Assembly (NCBI GenBank): GCA_027450005.1
Contig: DAIDKO010000018.1
Location: 16,738 to 80,737 of the forward strand
Direction of reading: 5' to 3'
Length of the DNA stretch: 64,000 nt
Source: Rhodanobacter sp.
GTDB lineage: Bacteria; Pseudomonadota; Gammaproteobacteria; Xanthomonadales; Rhodanobacteraceae
In this document: positions 40,377 to 51,648 of the stretch, piece after piece
Position numbering within the stretch: the stretch's first letter is position 1
Layout of the letters: each line of letters opens with the position of its first letter
Notes under the pieces: generated by a model
Databases searched by the model: none
The model's input: only the letters and a program-made list of their open reading frames with translations
Told to the model about the DNA's origin: nothing
Made by a program: the position numbers and the translations under genes

Positions 40377-41063
40377 CTATTTCAGTAGCCCACGCAGGAA
40401 AGGAATCGTCACCCGCCGCTGCGCTGCCAGCGAGGCCTGGTCGAGCTTGTCGAGCAGGTCCAGCAGCGCACCGAGGTCACGCGTGTGGCGGGCGAACAGC
40501 CAGTCCAACACGCCTTCGTCCAGTTCGATGCCGCGCAGGCCGGCCTGCGCCCTGAGCACCTCGCGACGCTTGGCGTCGTCCAGCGGCTTCAGCGCAAACT
40601 GGGTGCAGGCGCCCAGGCGGGAACGCAGGTCGGGTAGCCCAAGCTCGAGCTGAGCCGGCGCGGATTCAGCGGCGAACAGAAGGGTAGCGCCCTCGGCCCG
40701 CGCACGGTTGTATAGGTCGAACAGCGCATGTTCCGCCTCGCGCTCACCGGCGATAACGCCGAGATCGTCCAGCGCCAGCAGCGCGCTGCCGGCCACACCG
40801 CGGATTGCGGTGCCGCGGTCGGCGATCCGCGCCAGCGGAAGGTATTGCACGTTGCGCCCGGCTTCACCGGCAGCCTGGCAGGCGGCCATCAACAGGTGGC
40901 TCTTGCCGCTGCCGGCCGGACCGTGCAGGTACAGCCATGGCGCGCCGGGTTCGCGCGCCAGCGCCTCGACCGCGGCCAGTGCAGCAGCGTTGGTGCCGGC
41001 ATGGAAATGTTCTAAGCGCTGGCGGCGTGGCCAGCGCAGGGCCAGCGGCAGTTGCGGAATCAT
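40377..41063 (-). CDS. hda: DnaA regulatory inactivator Hda
   Basis: QLPLAL clamp-binding motif, GPAGSGKSHL and LPDLRSRL. Confidence 0.95.
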   Translation of the reverse strand: MIPQLPLALRWPRRQRLEHFHAGTNAAALAAVEALAREPGAPWLYLHGPAGSGKSHLLMAACQAAGEAGRNVQYLPLARIADRGTAIRGVAGSALLALDDLGVIAGEREAEHALFDLYNRARAEGATLLFAAESAPAQLELGLPDLRSRLGACTQFALKPLDDAKRREVLRAQAGLRGIELDEGVLDWLFARHTRDLGALLDLLDKLDQASLAAQRRVTIPFLRGLLK

Positions 41064-42247
41064 GGCGCTGCGGGCGGCTCGCGCGGCATTTCGATCACGG
41101 TCTCGACGTCGACCGCGCTGGCGGCGTTGCTCACCGTGATCCCCACCTCGGCGACCGCATCGTGGAGCACGGGATCGGCCTCGCCTTCTTCCGTGTACAA
41201 CTCGCTATGTCGATAGCGCTCCATCAGGTAGCGCAGCAGCACCATCGCCACCGAGGCCGCCGGCAGCGCCAGCAGCACCCCAAGGAAGCCGAACAGTTCG
41301 CCGCCAGCCAGCACCGCAAAGATCACCGCCACCGGATGCAGACCGATCTTCTCGCCGACCAGCTTGGGTACCAGCACGTAGCCTTCCAGCAACTGGCCGA
41401 CGATGAACACGGCGCAGACGATCAGCGGGTGCTTCCAGTCGCCGTACTGCACCAGCGCGGCGATGATCGCGGCGGCAAAGCCGGTGATGAACCCCAGGTA
41501 GGGCACGAAGCTCAGCAGCCCCGCGACCATACCGATCAGCGCCCCCACCGACAGCCCGGCGACCAGCGACAGCGTGCCGCCGTAGTACACGCCCAGCGCC
41601 AGCATCACCAGCAGCTGGCCGCGCACGAAGGCGCCGAGCACCACGTCGGATTCGCGTGCGAGATAGGCGATGGTCGGCTGGATCGAGCGCGGCAGCAAGC
41701 AATCGATCGCCGCCACCAGCCGGTCCCAGTCGCGTAGCAAGTAGAACGCCACCACCGGGATCAGCACCAGGTTGGTGAGCCACAGCACCACGCCCAGGCC
41801 CGAGCGCGAAACCTTGCCCAGCACCTGGCCGGCGATGCCGCCCACCGAGCCGATGTGTTCCTTGATCGTGGCGATCAGTTGGTCGCTCTCGAAGGTGCGC
41901 GGATCGAGGTGAAGCTTCACCTGCAGCCATGGCCATGCGGTGTGCTCGGCCCAGTCCACGTAGCGCGGCACGTTCTGAATTAGGTTCTCGATCTGGCGCG
42001 AGATCAGCGGGATCAGCAGCAGCAGGGCACCGCCCAGCGCTAGCATCAGCACCAGGAACACGATGCTCACTGCCAAGGTGCGGTTCATGTGCAGGCGTTC
42101 CAGCCGGTCGGCCAGCGGGTCGCCGAGGTAGGCCAACATCGCCGCCACCACGAAGGGCATCAACATCGGCGACAGGCGCCACAATAGGAAGCCGATGACC
42201 GCGAGGATCGCCAGCAGTTGCCAACGGCGATGGTTCTCCTGGATCAC
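41060..42247 (-). CDS. AI-2E/PerM family transporter
   Basis: AYLGDPL, FVRGQLLV, FVPYLG and GLHPVAVI. Confidence 0.92.
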   Translation of the reverse strand: MIQENHRRWQLLAILAVIGFLLWRLSPMLMPFVVAAMLAYLGDPLADRLERLHMNRTLAVSIVFLVLMLALGGALLLLIPLISRQIENLIQNVPRYVDWAEHTAWPWLQVKLHLDPRTFESDQLIATIKEHIGSVGGIAGQVLGKVSRSGLGVVLWLTNLVLIPVVAFYLLRDWDRLVAAIDCLLPRSIQPTIAYLARESDVVLGAFVRGQLLVMLALGVYYGGTLSLVAGLSVGALIGMVAGLLSFVPYLGFITGFAAAIIAALVQYGDWKHPLIVCAVFIVGQLLEGYVLVPKLVGEKIGLHPVAVIFAVLAGGELFGFLGVLLALPAASVAMVLLRYLMERYRHSELYTEEGEADPVLHDAVAEVGITVSNAASAVDVETVIEMPREPPAAP

Positions 42248-42335
42248 GCGCCCACTCCCTCGATCAGAAACCTTCCTCTGGAAAGCACGGCACTGGTATG
42301 TGCGGCTCCCGCGAGGGCTTCAACCACCCATCGAT

Positions 42336-43331
42336 TCAATGCAGCCAGCGCAGGCTGGCATCGGTGTCCGGATGCGCCTGGCCGCGGATCAGGCGCCCGC
42401 TGGCCGCAAGGTTCGCGGCTAGCGCATCGGCCGGCATCGCCGACTTCACCTCGAACAGCATGCCGTCGTTGTCCGCGCCCAGCGTGGCGACACCGTGCAC
42501 CGAGGGATCACTGCGCAAAAGGTTGAGCAGGTTGGCGTAATCCATCGCGCTGTCCAGGCCGCCCACCCAAAGCTTCTCCTCGTTGATGGTGGAACCGATC
42601 ACGTTAAGCTGCTGCCCGATGCGGGCAACCATGGCGTTACCGGCGTTGGCCATCAGCACGTCCTCGGTGGCGGCCTGGTCACTCCAGCGCTGCGCCTTGC
42701 CGCCGGAAACCAGCGTCCATTCGGCACCCCCGCCGCGCAGGGTGCCCAGCAGCACCAGGCCCGTGTGGTACTGCTGGTTGATCGCTGCCAGCGTATCCGG
42801 GTTGGCTGCATCCACCTTGGCGGGGTCCGGCGCATTGGCGGGATTGACGTAGGCCACGTTGTAGCCGTGCGCGGCGGCGGCACCGGCAAGGCTGGCCAGC
42901 GCATCCTTGTCGAGCAACTGTCCGTCGCTACCGCGGACCATTAGCAGCACCGGCGGCTTGCCGGCCACGCTGCCCGCGACGCCGAGCTGGTTGACCAAGT
43001 GGCGCACCGCGCCGGGCTCGAAATCCACCGCCAGGCTCATGCCGCCGGCGGTGCGTGCGTACTGGAAATGCCGCACCAGCGCGGCGGCGTTCTTCAGCGC
43101 GTCGTCATAACCCGGCATGCCACGCAGGTCCTGCCCGCCGGCCACCCGCACCAGCACCTGGCCGAGCGCGGTGGCGAAAGCGTCGCTGCGCTGGGCATCG
43201 CTGGTGTCGGTCACCGGCACCGTCACCGAATACGGCGATACGCTTTGCGCATGCACTGACGGCAAGGCGGCCAGCCCGAACAACAGGACGAGAGAAAACA
43301 GGCGCAGCAAACGCGAGGATGACTGGCGCAT
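42336..43331 (-). CDS. DUF2066 family exported protein
   Basis: Signal peptide and ALGQVLVRVAG; conserved position between purM and the AI-2E gene; start uncertain. Confidence 0.8.
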   Translation of the reverse strand: MRQSSSRLLRLFSLVLLFGLAALPSVHAQSVSPYSVTVPVTDTSDAQRSDAFATALGQVLVRVAGGQDLRGMPGYDDALKNAAALVRHFQYARTAGGMSLAVDFEPGAVRHLVNQLGVAGSVAGKPPVLLMVRGSDGQLLDKDALASLAGAAAAHGYNVAYVNPANAPDPAKVDAANPDTLAAINQQYHTGLVLLGTLRGGGAEWTLVSGGKAQRWSDQAATEDVLMANAGNAMVARIGQQLNVIGSTINEEKLWVGGLDSAMDYANLLNLLRSDPSVHGVATLGADNDGMLFEVKSAMPADALAANLAASGRLIRGQAHPDTDASLRWLH

Positions 43332-43464
43332 CGGCGGGATACTTGTCAGGAACACCTCTGAAGTCTGCCCAATCGCCATGGCCGCGTCCATGCCGCTGGC
43401 CACGCCAACGCATCGCCCCCCCCGCATGCGGTAGAATCGCGGGTTTCCCACGCCGGTTGCCGCC

Positions 43465-44493
43465 ATGTCCGACGCCCTCACCTACCGTGCCGCCGGAGTC
43501 GACATCGACGCTGGCAATGCCTTGGTCGAACGCATCAAGCCGCTGGTCAAGCGCACCAGCCGCCCCGAGGTAATGGGCGGTCTGGGCGGCTTCGGCGGCC
43601 TGTTCAACCTGGGCGGCAAATACCGCGAACCGGTGCTGGTCTCCGGCACCGACGGCGTGGGCACCAAGCTGAAGTTGGCGCAGGAGCTGGGCCGCCACGA
43701 CACCATCGGCATCGACCTGGTGGGCATGTGTGTGAACGACGTACTGGTGCAAGGCGCCGAGCCGCTGTTCTTCCTCGACTATTTCGCCACCGGCAAGCTG
43801 GACGTTGACACCGCCACGGCGGTGGTCGGCGGTATCGCGAGGGGCTGCGAACTGGCCGGCTGCGCCCTGATCGGCGGCGAGACGGCGGAAATGCCGGACA
43901 TGTACCCGCCGGGTGAATACGACCTAGCCGGCTTCACCGTAGGTGCGGTGGAAAGGGCCGACCTGCTCTCCGGCGACGCCATCATGGCGGGCGACGTGGT
44001 CCTGGGCGTGGCCTCCAGCGGCCCGCACTCCAACGGCTATTCGCTGGTCCGCAAAATCGTGGAACGCGCAGGCCGACCGCTGGACCTGGATCTCGGCGGC
44101 GTGAAGCTGGCCGACGCACTGATGGCGCCCACGGTGATCTACGTGAAGCCCATGCTGGAACTGCTGAAGGCCCAGCCGGTGCACGGTATGGCCCACATCA
44201 CCGGCGGCGGCCTAAAGGAAAACATCATCCGCGTAGTACCCGATGGCCTCGGCCTCGCACTGGACGCCGCCAGCATCGAGCTGCCACAGGTGTTCGACTG
44301 GCTGCAGCGCGAGGGTAAGGTGGCACGCGAGGAAATGTGGCGCACCTTCAACTGCGGCGTCGGCTTCACGGTGATCCTGCCGCGCGAGGCGGCATCCGCA
44401 GCCTCTGGCCTGCTGGCTAAGCACAGCCTCGCCAGCCGCGTGATCGGCGAAGTGGTGAAGGCCGCGGGCGACGAGCGCGTCCACATCGGCTGA
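43465..44493 (+). CDS. purM: Phosphoribosylformylglycinamidine cyclo-ligase
   Basis: [16 protein letters not shown] and HITGGG. Confidence 0.98.
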   Translation: MSDALTYRAAGVDIDAGNALVERIKPLVKRTSRPEVMGGLGGFGGLFNLGGKYREPVLVSGTDGVGTKLKLAQELGRHDTIGIDLVGMCVNDVLVQGAEPLFFLDYFATGKLDVDTATAVVGGIARGCELAGCALIGGETAEMPDMYPPGEYDLAGFTVGAVERADLLSGDAIMAGDVVLGVASSGPHSNGYSLVRKIVERAGRPLDLDLGGVKLADALMAPTVIYVKPMLELLKAQPVHGMAHITGGGLKENIIRVVPDGLGLALDAASIELPQVFDWLQREGKVAREEMWRTFNCGVGFTVILPREAASAASGLLAKHSLASRVIGEVVKAAGDERVHIG

Positions 44494-44500
44494 GCCTGCG

Positions 44501-45154
44501 GTGCGCCCATCCCCACTCAAAGTCGCCGTGCTCGCCTCCGGCCGCGGCAGCAACCTTGCCGCGCTGATCGCCGCCCGCGACGCTGGCGCCTTGCCGGTGG
44601 AGTTCGTGCTGGTGGCCAGCGACAAGGCCTCCGCCGGCGCACTGCGGCTGGCCGAGGCCGCGGGAATCCGCGCGCTGGCGCTCAACCCAAAGGATTACCC
44701 GGATCGCGCCAGCTTCGATCGCGCGCTGTTCGCGCGCGTCGCTGCCAGCGGCGCCGAATTGCTGGTCCTGGCAGGCTTCATGCGCGTGATCGACGCCGAG
44801 GTGGTGGCTGGCTGGGAAGGCCGCGCCATCAACATCCATCCCTCGCTGCTGCCGAAATATCCTGGCCTGCACACGCACCGCCGCTGCCTCGAAGCCGGGG
44901 ACACCGAGCATGGCGCCAGCGTCCACTACGTCACCGCCGAACTGGACGGTGGGCCGGTGGTGGCGCAGGCGCGCATTTCGGTGAGCAGCAGCGACACCGA
45001 AACTTCGCTGGCGGAACGCTTGCTGGCGGAGGAGCACAAGTTGCTGACCGCCGTGGTCGGTGCCATCGCACACGACCGCCTGCATTGGAACGGCGCAGCG
45101 CTGTTGGATGGCCAGCCATTGGCCAGCCCGCTCACGCTGGCGCAACTGTCATAA
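44501..45154 (+). CDS. purN: Phosphoribosylglycinamide formyltransferase
   Basis: ASGRGSNL, NIHPSLLP and LDGGP. Confidence 0.97.
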   Translation: MRPSPLKVAVLASGRGSNLAALIAARDAGALPVEFVLVASDKASAGALRLAEAAGIRALALNPKDYPDRASFDRALFARVAASGAELLVLAGFMRVIDAEVVAGWEGRAINIHPSLLPKYPGLHTHRRCLEAGDTEHGASVHYVTAELDGGPVVAQARISVSSSDTETSLAERLLAEEHKLLTAVVGAIAHDRLHWNGAALLDGQPLASPLTLAQLS

Positions 45155-45201
45155 GGCGGCAGGTCGCGCGGCATTCAGGCATGCGGCCTATAGTCGGCAG
45201 C

Positions 45202-45903
45202 ATGAAAAGCACCCTGCGCCGTGCCGCCCTCGCCCTGGTTCTCGCCCTACCTGCCGCCCCGGCGGTTGCTGCGGCGGTGCCGCAGTCGTTCATCGCCACC
45301 TATCGCGTGCTGCAGTACGGCCAGCCGATCGGCGATGCCACGCTTACGCTGAGACCGGCCGGTGGCGGACTGTTCGAGTACACCGACAAGATCGTCGGCA
45401 CGGCAGGGCTGGCCGCCGCCCTGGGTGCCAGGACCTCGGAAGACTCGCGTTTCATCTGGGTAGGCCAAACACCGCAGGCGGTCTCGTATACCTATGCCTT
45501 CATATCCGCGCTGAAGCCTAGGAACCGCACGCTCGCGGTACACGGCACCACCGTGCAGGTAAACGACAACGGCAAGCACCACAGCTACTCAATGCAGCCG
45601 GGCATGGTGGAGCGCAACACCCTGCCGCTGGCGCTGGGCGTTGCGCTGCGCGATGGCGCGAAGAGCGCGACGTTCCGTGTCGGCGGCAATCAGTCCGTCG
45701 AAATGCAGACCTTCAAGGTGGCCGCCAGCGAGAAGATCAGCGTCCCAGCCGGTTCGTTCACCGCCGTGCGCGTGGACCGTACCGACCAGAATCGCGCATT
45801 CAACGCCTGGTACGCGCCGGCGAAATACCCCGTACCGGTCAAGCTCGCCCAGAAGGGCGGCGGCAACTTCATGCTGGAACTGGTGCACTACTCGCAACCG
45901 TAG
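45202..45903 (+). CDS. DUF3108 family exported protein
   Basis: Signal peptide and EKISVPAGSF.A; follows purN. Confidence 0.8.
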   Translation: MKSTLRRAALALVLALPAAPAVAAAVPQSFIATYRVLQYGQPIGDATLTLRPAGGGLFEYTDKIVGTAGLAAALGARTSEDSRFIWVGQTPQAVSYTYAFISALKPRNRTLAVHGTTVQVNDNGKHHSYSMQPGMVERNTLPLALGVALRDGAKSATFRVGGNQSVEMQTFKVAASEKISVPAGSFTAVRVDRTDQNRAFNAWYAPAKYPVPVKLAQKGGGNFMLELVHYSQP

Positions 45904-45955
45904 GTAGCCGGCGAACAGTGGTCAGACCGCAGTCGGCCTCTGTTCCCGAACCAAT

Positions 45956-46261
45956 TACCTGGCAAGGTTCACCGTTAGCCAGGGACAAGGTCGCGGCTAC
46001 TCGAGCAGGACGTCAAGCATCCAGGGGATCAATCCAGCGGCACAATTCATGGAAGCCCAGTGGACCGGGCCACTGCCGTCGCCGCACCAGCATGCCAACG
46101 TGTCCGCGGCGAAAACGGCACCTAAAGACGGCACCCAGCGTGATCGCCATGGCGCGAACACTGCGGCTCTCCACCCTTGCTTCCCGCCACCACCTTTGCC
46201 TGTCTCCAGGTGACAGGTCAGACAGCTCGGGAATCTTTTCAGCCCGCCAGTAGTCCGCCAT
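45956..46261 (-). pseudogene. Decayed small hypothetical membrane protein gene
   Basis: MADYWRAEKIPELSDLSPGDRQRWWREAR...TLGAVF, then a frame change at an imperfect 13-bp tandem duplication (46112-46136) into AADTLACW...LDVLLE*. Confidence 0.4.
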
Positions 46262-46307
46262 TCCCCGCCCACCGTTGCGCAAGGGAGGCGATCCTGCAGC
46301 CAGGCGC

Positions 46308-47645
<1,338 letters not shown>

Positions 47646-47888
47646 TCAGCCTCGGCGTGCCGCGGCTTCCTCGGGGCTCAGCGTCTTCAATGCCAGCGCA
47701 TGGATTGCTCCGCCCATCAGCTCACCCAGCGTGGCGTAGACCAGCCGGTGCCGCGCCAGCGGCAGCTTGCCGGCGAACTGGCTGGCGACCACGGTGGCCT
47801 CGAAGTGCACGCCATCTTCGCCGCTGACCTCGGCCCGTGCACCGGGCAGGCCGGCTTCGATCAGGGTCTGGATGCGGGCTGGATCCAT
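47646..47888 (-). CDS. BolA/IbaG family protein
   Basis: GEDGVHF, RHRLVY and IHALAL; upstream of murA. Confidence 0.93.
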   Translation of the reverse strand: MDPARIQTLIEAGLPGARAEVSGEDGVHFEATVVASQFAGKLPLARHRLVYATLGELMGGAIHALALKTLSPEEAAARRG

Positions 47889-48037
47889 CGGCTTTCCACG
47901 GAAAGAGGGGGGCGCAACGCGGCATCGCGCTGGCTTGTGACGTTAAAATACGAATATGCCATGGTAATGGAAATCCCCTGTCGCAGAAACGACAGCGGCC
48001 CCTGCCCCGGCAGCCCAAGCCCCCGCATCGAGCCCTC

Positions 48038-49048
48038 ATGAACCCACGCCCCGCTCCGCACGCCGCCATCGAACTGCAGCCCGACGCCATCGTGCGAAGC
48101 GCCCGCGCGGTCATCGCCACCGAGGCGGCCGCCATCGCCGAACTGGGGTCACGCATGGATGCCGCGTTCGTCGAGGCCTGTCGGCTGATCCTGGACTGCC
48201 GCGGCCGCGTAGTGGTCACCGGCATGGGCAAGTCCGGCCACGTGGCGCGCAAGATCGCCGCCACCCTCGCGTCCACCGGTACCCCGGCCTTCTTCGTGCA
48301 TCCGGGCGAGGCCAGCCACGGCGACCTCGGCATGATCCAGCCCGACGACGTGGTTCTGGCGCTTTCGTACTCCGGCGAGACCGACGAACTGCTGTTCATT
48401 CTGCCGATGATCAAGCGCCAGGGCATCCCGCTGATCGCTATCACCGGGAAGCCCGGATCTTCGCTGGCCAGCCAGGCCAGCGTGCATATCGACGGCAGCA
48501 TCAGCACCGAGGCCTGCCCGCTGGGGCTGGCGCCCACTACCAGTACCACGGCGGCGCTGGTGCTGGGCGACGCGCTGGCGATCGCGCTGCTTGAGGCGCG
48601 CGGCTTCACCTCGGACGACTTTGCCCGATCACACCCGGCGGGTAGCCTCGGTCGGCGCCTGTTGCTGCGGATCAGCGACGTCATGCACTCGGGCGACGAC
48701 GTGCCGCGCGTGCCGCCCGAGGCCAGCCTCACCGCCGCACTGGTGGAGATGACCCGCAAGCACCTCGGCATGACCGCCGTCGTCGACGAGCAGCAACGCC
48801 TGCTCGGTGTGTTCACCGACGGCGACCTGCGCCGAGCGCTGGACGACGAGGAGGTGAACCTACGCGGCGCCACCGTGGCCTCGTTGATGACCCGCGGCCC
48901 CAAGACCATCGGCCCCGACAAGCTGGCGGCCGAAGCGGCGCAATTGATGGAAAAGCACCAGATCCACGCCCTGCTGGTCGTCGACGACGCGCAACACGTG
49001 GTCGGCGCGCTGAACATTCACGATCTGCTCCGGGCACGTGTTGTCTGA
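48038..49048 (+). CDS. kdsD: Arabinose-5-phosphate isomerase
   Basis: GMGKSGH, EASHGDLG and APTTSTT, plus a CBS pair; start at ATG 48038. Confidence 0.95.
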   Translation: MNPRPAPHAAIELQPDAIVRSARAVIATEAAAIAELGSRMDAAFVEACRLILDCRGRVVVTGMGKSGHVARKIAATLASTGTPAFFVHPGEASHGDLGMIQPDDVVLALSYSGETDELLFILPMIKRQGIPLIAITGKPGSSLASQASVHIDGSISTEACPLGLAPTTSTTAALVLGDALAIALLEARGFTSDDFARSHPAGSLGRRLLLRISDVMHSGDDVPRVPPEASLTAALVEMTRKHLGMTAVVDEQQRLLGVFTDGDLRRALDDEEVNLRGATVASLMTRGPKTIGPDKLAAEAAQLMEKHQIHALLVVDDAQHVVGALNIHDLLRARVV

Positions 49049-49137
49049 TTTGCCGATTCGCGGCGCTGATTCACCTTGGTGAATCAGCAAATCAAACAAG
49101 CTCGCTCGTGAACCTTTCCCCGCCCGAACACCGAACC

Positions 49138-49686
49138 GTGCCCACCGACTACTTCTCCCAGATCCCGCCCGATGTCCTCGCTCGTGCCGCCAAGATCCGC
49201 GTCGCCGCGTTCGACGTGGACGGGACGCTCACCGACGGCCGCCTCTGGTACGGCGAGGACGGCCGCGAGACCAAGGTGTTCCACGTGCACGACGGCCTGG
49301 GGCTGAAACGCCTGCTGGCGAACGGCGTGCAGGTGGCGATCATCACCGCGCGCATCAGCCATCCTGTGGCACTGCGCGCCGAGGAACTGGGCATCGTCCA
49401 TGTCTATCAGGGCCAGGGCGACAAACGTGCCTGCCTCGAAGACCTGCTCGAAGCACTGGGCCTCACCCCCGAGCAGGCAGCCTTCGTCGGTGACGACCTG
49501 CCCGACCTGCCGCCCATGGACATAGCCGGGCTTGCCGTCGCAGTGGCCAACGCCCATCCATGGGTGGCGGAAGCCGCGCATTGGCAGACCCGCCTGCGCG
49601 GAGGCATGGGTGCGGTGCGTGAGGCCTGCGACCTGATCCTGCACGCCCTGGGCAGGAGCGGCGCCGAGCGGGAGCGCTGGCGGTGA
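49138..49686 (+). CDS. kdsC: KDO 8-phosphate phosphatase
   Basis: FDVDGTLTDG, VGDDLPD and GAVRE. Confidence 0.94.
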   Translation: MPTDYFSQIPPDVLARAAKIRVAAFDVDGTLTDGRLWYGEDGRETKVFHVHDGLGLKRLLANGVQVAIITARISHPVALRAEELGIVHVYQGQGDKRACLEDLLEALGLTPEQAAFVGDDLPDLPPMDIAGLAVAVANAHPWVAEAAHWQTRLRGGMGAVREACDLILHALGRSGAERERWR

Positions 49687-50291
49687 TCGCCGCGCTGCGG
49701 CTCTGGTTCCGTGACCGCAAGCTGGCCAGCGCCATCGTGCTCGTCACGCTGGCGGCCAGCTTCGCCCAGGCACTGCTGTGGTGGATGGGGCCGGCGCCGA
49801 AACAGAACGACTTCGTCGGTCCGCCGCGCTCGGGCTACACGCTGTCCAATTTCAAGATGTGGTCCTACGACCCGCAAGGCCAGCTTGCCTTCCGCATGCA
49901 CGCGCCGCAGTTGGAACGCCGCGAGGGCGACGAATCGCTGTACATCGACTCGCCGGTGTTCGAACTCGCCTCCAAGAAACCCGGCGTGCCGGACTGGCAC
50001 GGCCAGTCGCTGTTCGGCTGGGTGGACAAGAGCGGCAGCCTGATCAAGCTGCAGGGCCCGGTGACGATGCACCGTCCCCCCTATGCCGATATCGCGGCGA
50101 CGGACCTGGTCACGTCGGATGTCACCGTATGGCCCAAGGAGAACCGCATGGTGACCGCGGCCCCGGCGCAGATGACGCAGGGCGCCAGTAGAATGAGCGG
50201 AGTCGGCATGCGTGCCAACCTCAACGACAACCACCTGGAGTTGCTCGACAATGTCCATGCCACGTTCCCGCCGCGCAAGCGCAAGCCGTAA
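49683..50291 (+). CDS. lptC: LPS export protein LptC
   Basis: Single N-terminal TM followed by a beta-jellyroll; kdsC-lptCAB synteny. Confidence 0.88.
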   Translation: MIAALRLWFRDRKLASAIVLVTLAASFAQALLWWMGPAPKQNDFVGPPRSGYTLSNFKMWSYDPQGQLAFRMHAPQLERREGDESLYIDSPVFELASKKPGVPDWHGQSLFGWVDKSGSLIKLQGPVTMHRPPYADIAATDLVTSDVTVWPKENRMVTAAPAQMTQGASRMSGVGMRANLNDNHLELLDNVHATFPPRKRKP

Positions 50292-50841
50292 CGCCGCCGC
50301 CGGCTTGCTAGCCATGGCCGCGCTGGCCCTGCTGCCTGCAGTGGCACTGGCGAAAAAGTCTGACCGCCAGCAGCCGATGAACGTCGAGCATGCCGATTCG
50401 TTCGACGGCACCTACGCGCCCAACAGCACGGTCAAGCTGCGCGGCCATGTCGTGATCACCCAAGGCACGATGAAGATCGTCGGCGACCTGGCTACGGTGC
50501 ATTTCGACGCCGACCAGAACGTCGACCACGTGCAGGTCACCGGCGCGCCCGCCCACATTCAGGAGCTGGACGACGCCGGCAACCTGATGACCGGCGACGC
50601 CAGCCAGCTAGACTACGACAACGTCAACGGCGTCGCGGTGCTCACCGGCAACGCGGTGGTCAAACAGCAGGGCCGTGGCGAGGCGCACGGCGACAAGCTG
50701 ACCTACAACACGCAGACCAGCGAGATGACCGGCAGCAGCGGCGGCAACGGCTTCGTACACATGACCTTCCTGCCTAAGCCCAGGTCGGGCCAGCCGGCAT
50801 CCCCCGCCCCCGCGCAAAGCGCGCCCGCCGGTGGTAAGTAA
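50257..50841 (+). CDS. lptA: LPS export protein LptA
   Basis: Signal peptide, [14 protein letters not shown] and LTGNAVVKQ; start uncertain. Confidence 0.9.
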   Translation: MPRSRRASASRNAAAGLLAMAALALLPAVALAKKSDRQQPMNVEHADSFDGTYAPNSTVKLRGHVVITQGTMKIVGDLATVHFDADQNVDHVQVTGAPAHIQELDDAGNLMTGDASQLDYDNVNGVAVLTGNAVVKQQGRGEAHGDKLTYNTQTSEMTGSSGGNGFVHMTFLPKPRSGQPASPAPAQSAPAGGK

Positions 50842-50843
50842 GC

Positions 50844-51563
50844 ATGCTCTCGGCCGAAGGTCTGCAGAAGAGTTTCAAGGCGCGCCACGTGGTGCGCGAT
50901 TTCGGCTTCTCCATACGCGAGGGTGAAGTGGTCGGCCTGCTCGGCCCCAACGGGGCCGGTAAGACCACCTGCTTCTACATGGTGGTCGGCTTGATTGAGG
51001 CCGACGCCGGCAAGATCAAGCTGGACCAGCAGGACATCACCGGCCTGCCGATGCACCTGCGCGCGCGGCTCGGCATCGGCTACCTGCCGCAGGAGGCGTC
51101 GGTGTTCCGCCGGCTCTCTGTGGCGGACAACATCATGGCGGTGTTGGAACTACGCGAAGGTCTCGGCGCGAGACAGCGCGAGGCCGAACTGGAAAGCCTG
51201 CTGGACGAGCTGAAGATCGCCCACATCGCGACGCAGAAGGGCATCAGCCTGTCCGGCGGCGAGCGTCGCCGCGTGGAGATCGCCCGCGCGCTGGCAGCGA
51301 ACCCGCGCTACATGCTGCTGGACGAACCGTTCGCCGGCGTCGACCCGATCTCCGTGGGCGAGATCCAGCGCATCGTGCGCCACCTCAAGGAGCGAGGCAT
51401 CGGCGTCCTGATCACCGACCACAACGTGCGCGAAACGCTGGGTATCTGCGACCGCGCCTACATCCTCAGCGACGGTGCGGTGCTGTCGCGCGGCACGCCG
51501 GCGCACATCCTCGCCGACGAGAAGGTGCGCGAGGTCTATCTGGGGCGCGAATTCAAGCTTTGA
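50844..51563 (+). CDS. lptB: LPS export ABC ATPase LptB
   Basis: [26 protein letters not shown] and TDHNVRE. Confidence 0.97.
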   Translation: MLSAEGLQKSFKARHVVRDFGFSIREGEVVGLLGPNGAGKTTCFYMVVGLIEADAGKIKLDQQDITGLPMHLRARLGIGYLPQEASVFRRLSVADNIMAVLELREGLGARQREAELESLLDELKIAHIATQKGISLSGGERRRVEIARALAANPRYMLLDEPFAGVDPISVGEIQRIVRHLKERGIGVLITDHNVRETLGICDRAYILSDGAVLSRGTPAHILADEKVREVYLGREFKL

Positions 51564-51648
51564 CGCGACGTTCACAACGCCGCGCACGGCTATGGCCGAG
51601 CCCGCCACACACGGGTAGGATGGCTGACAGTTCACCGTTCTGGCCAGC

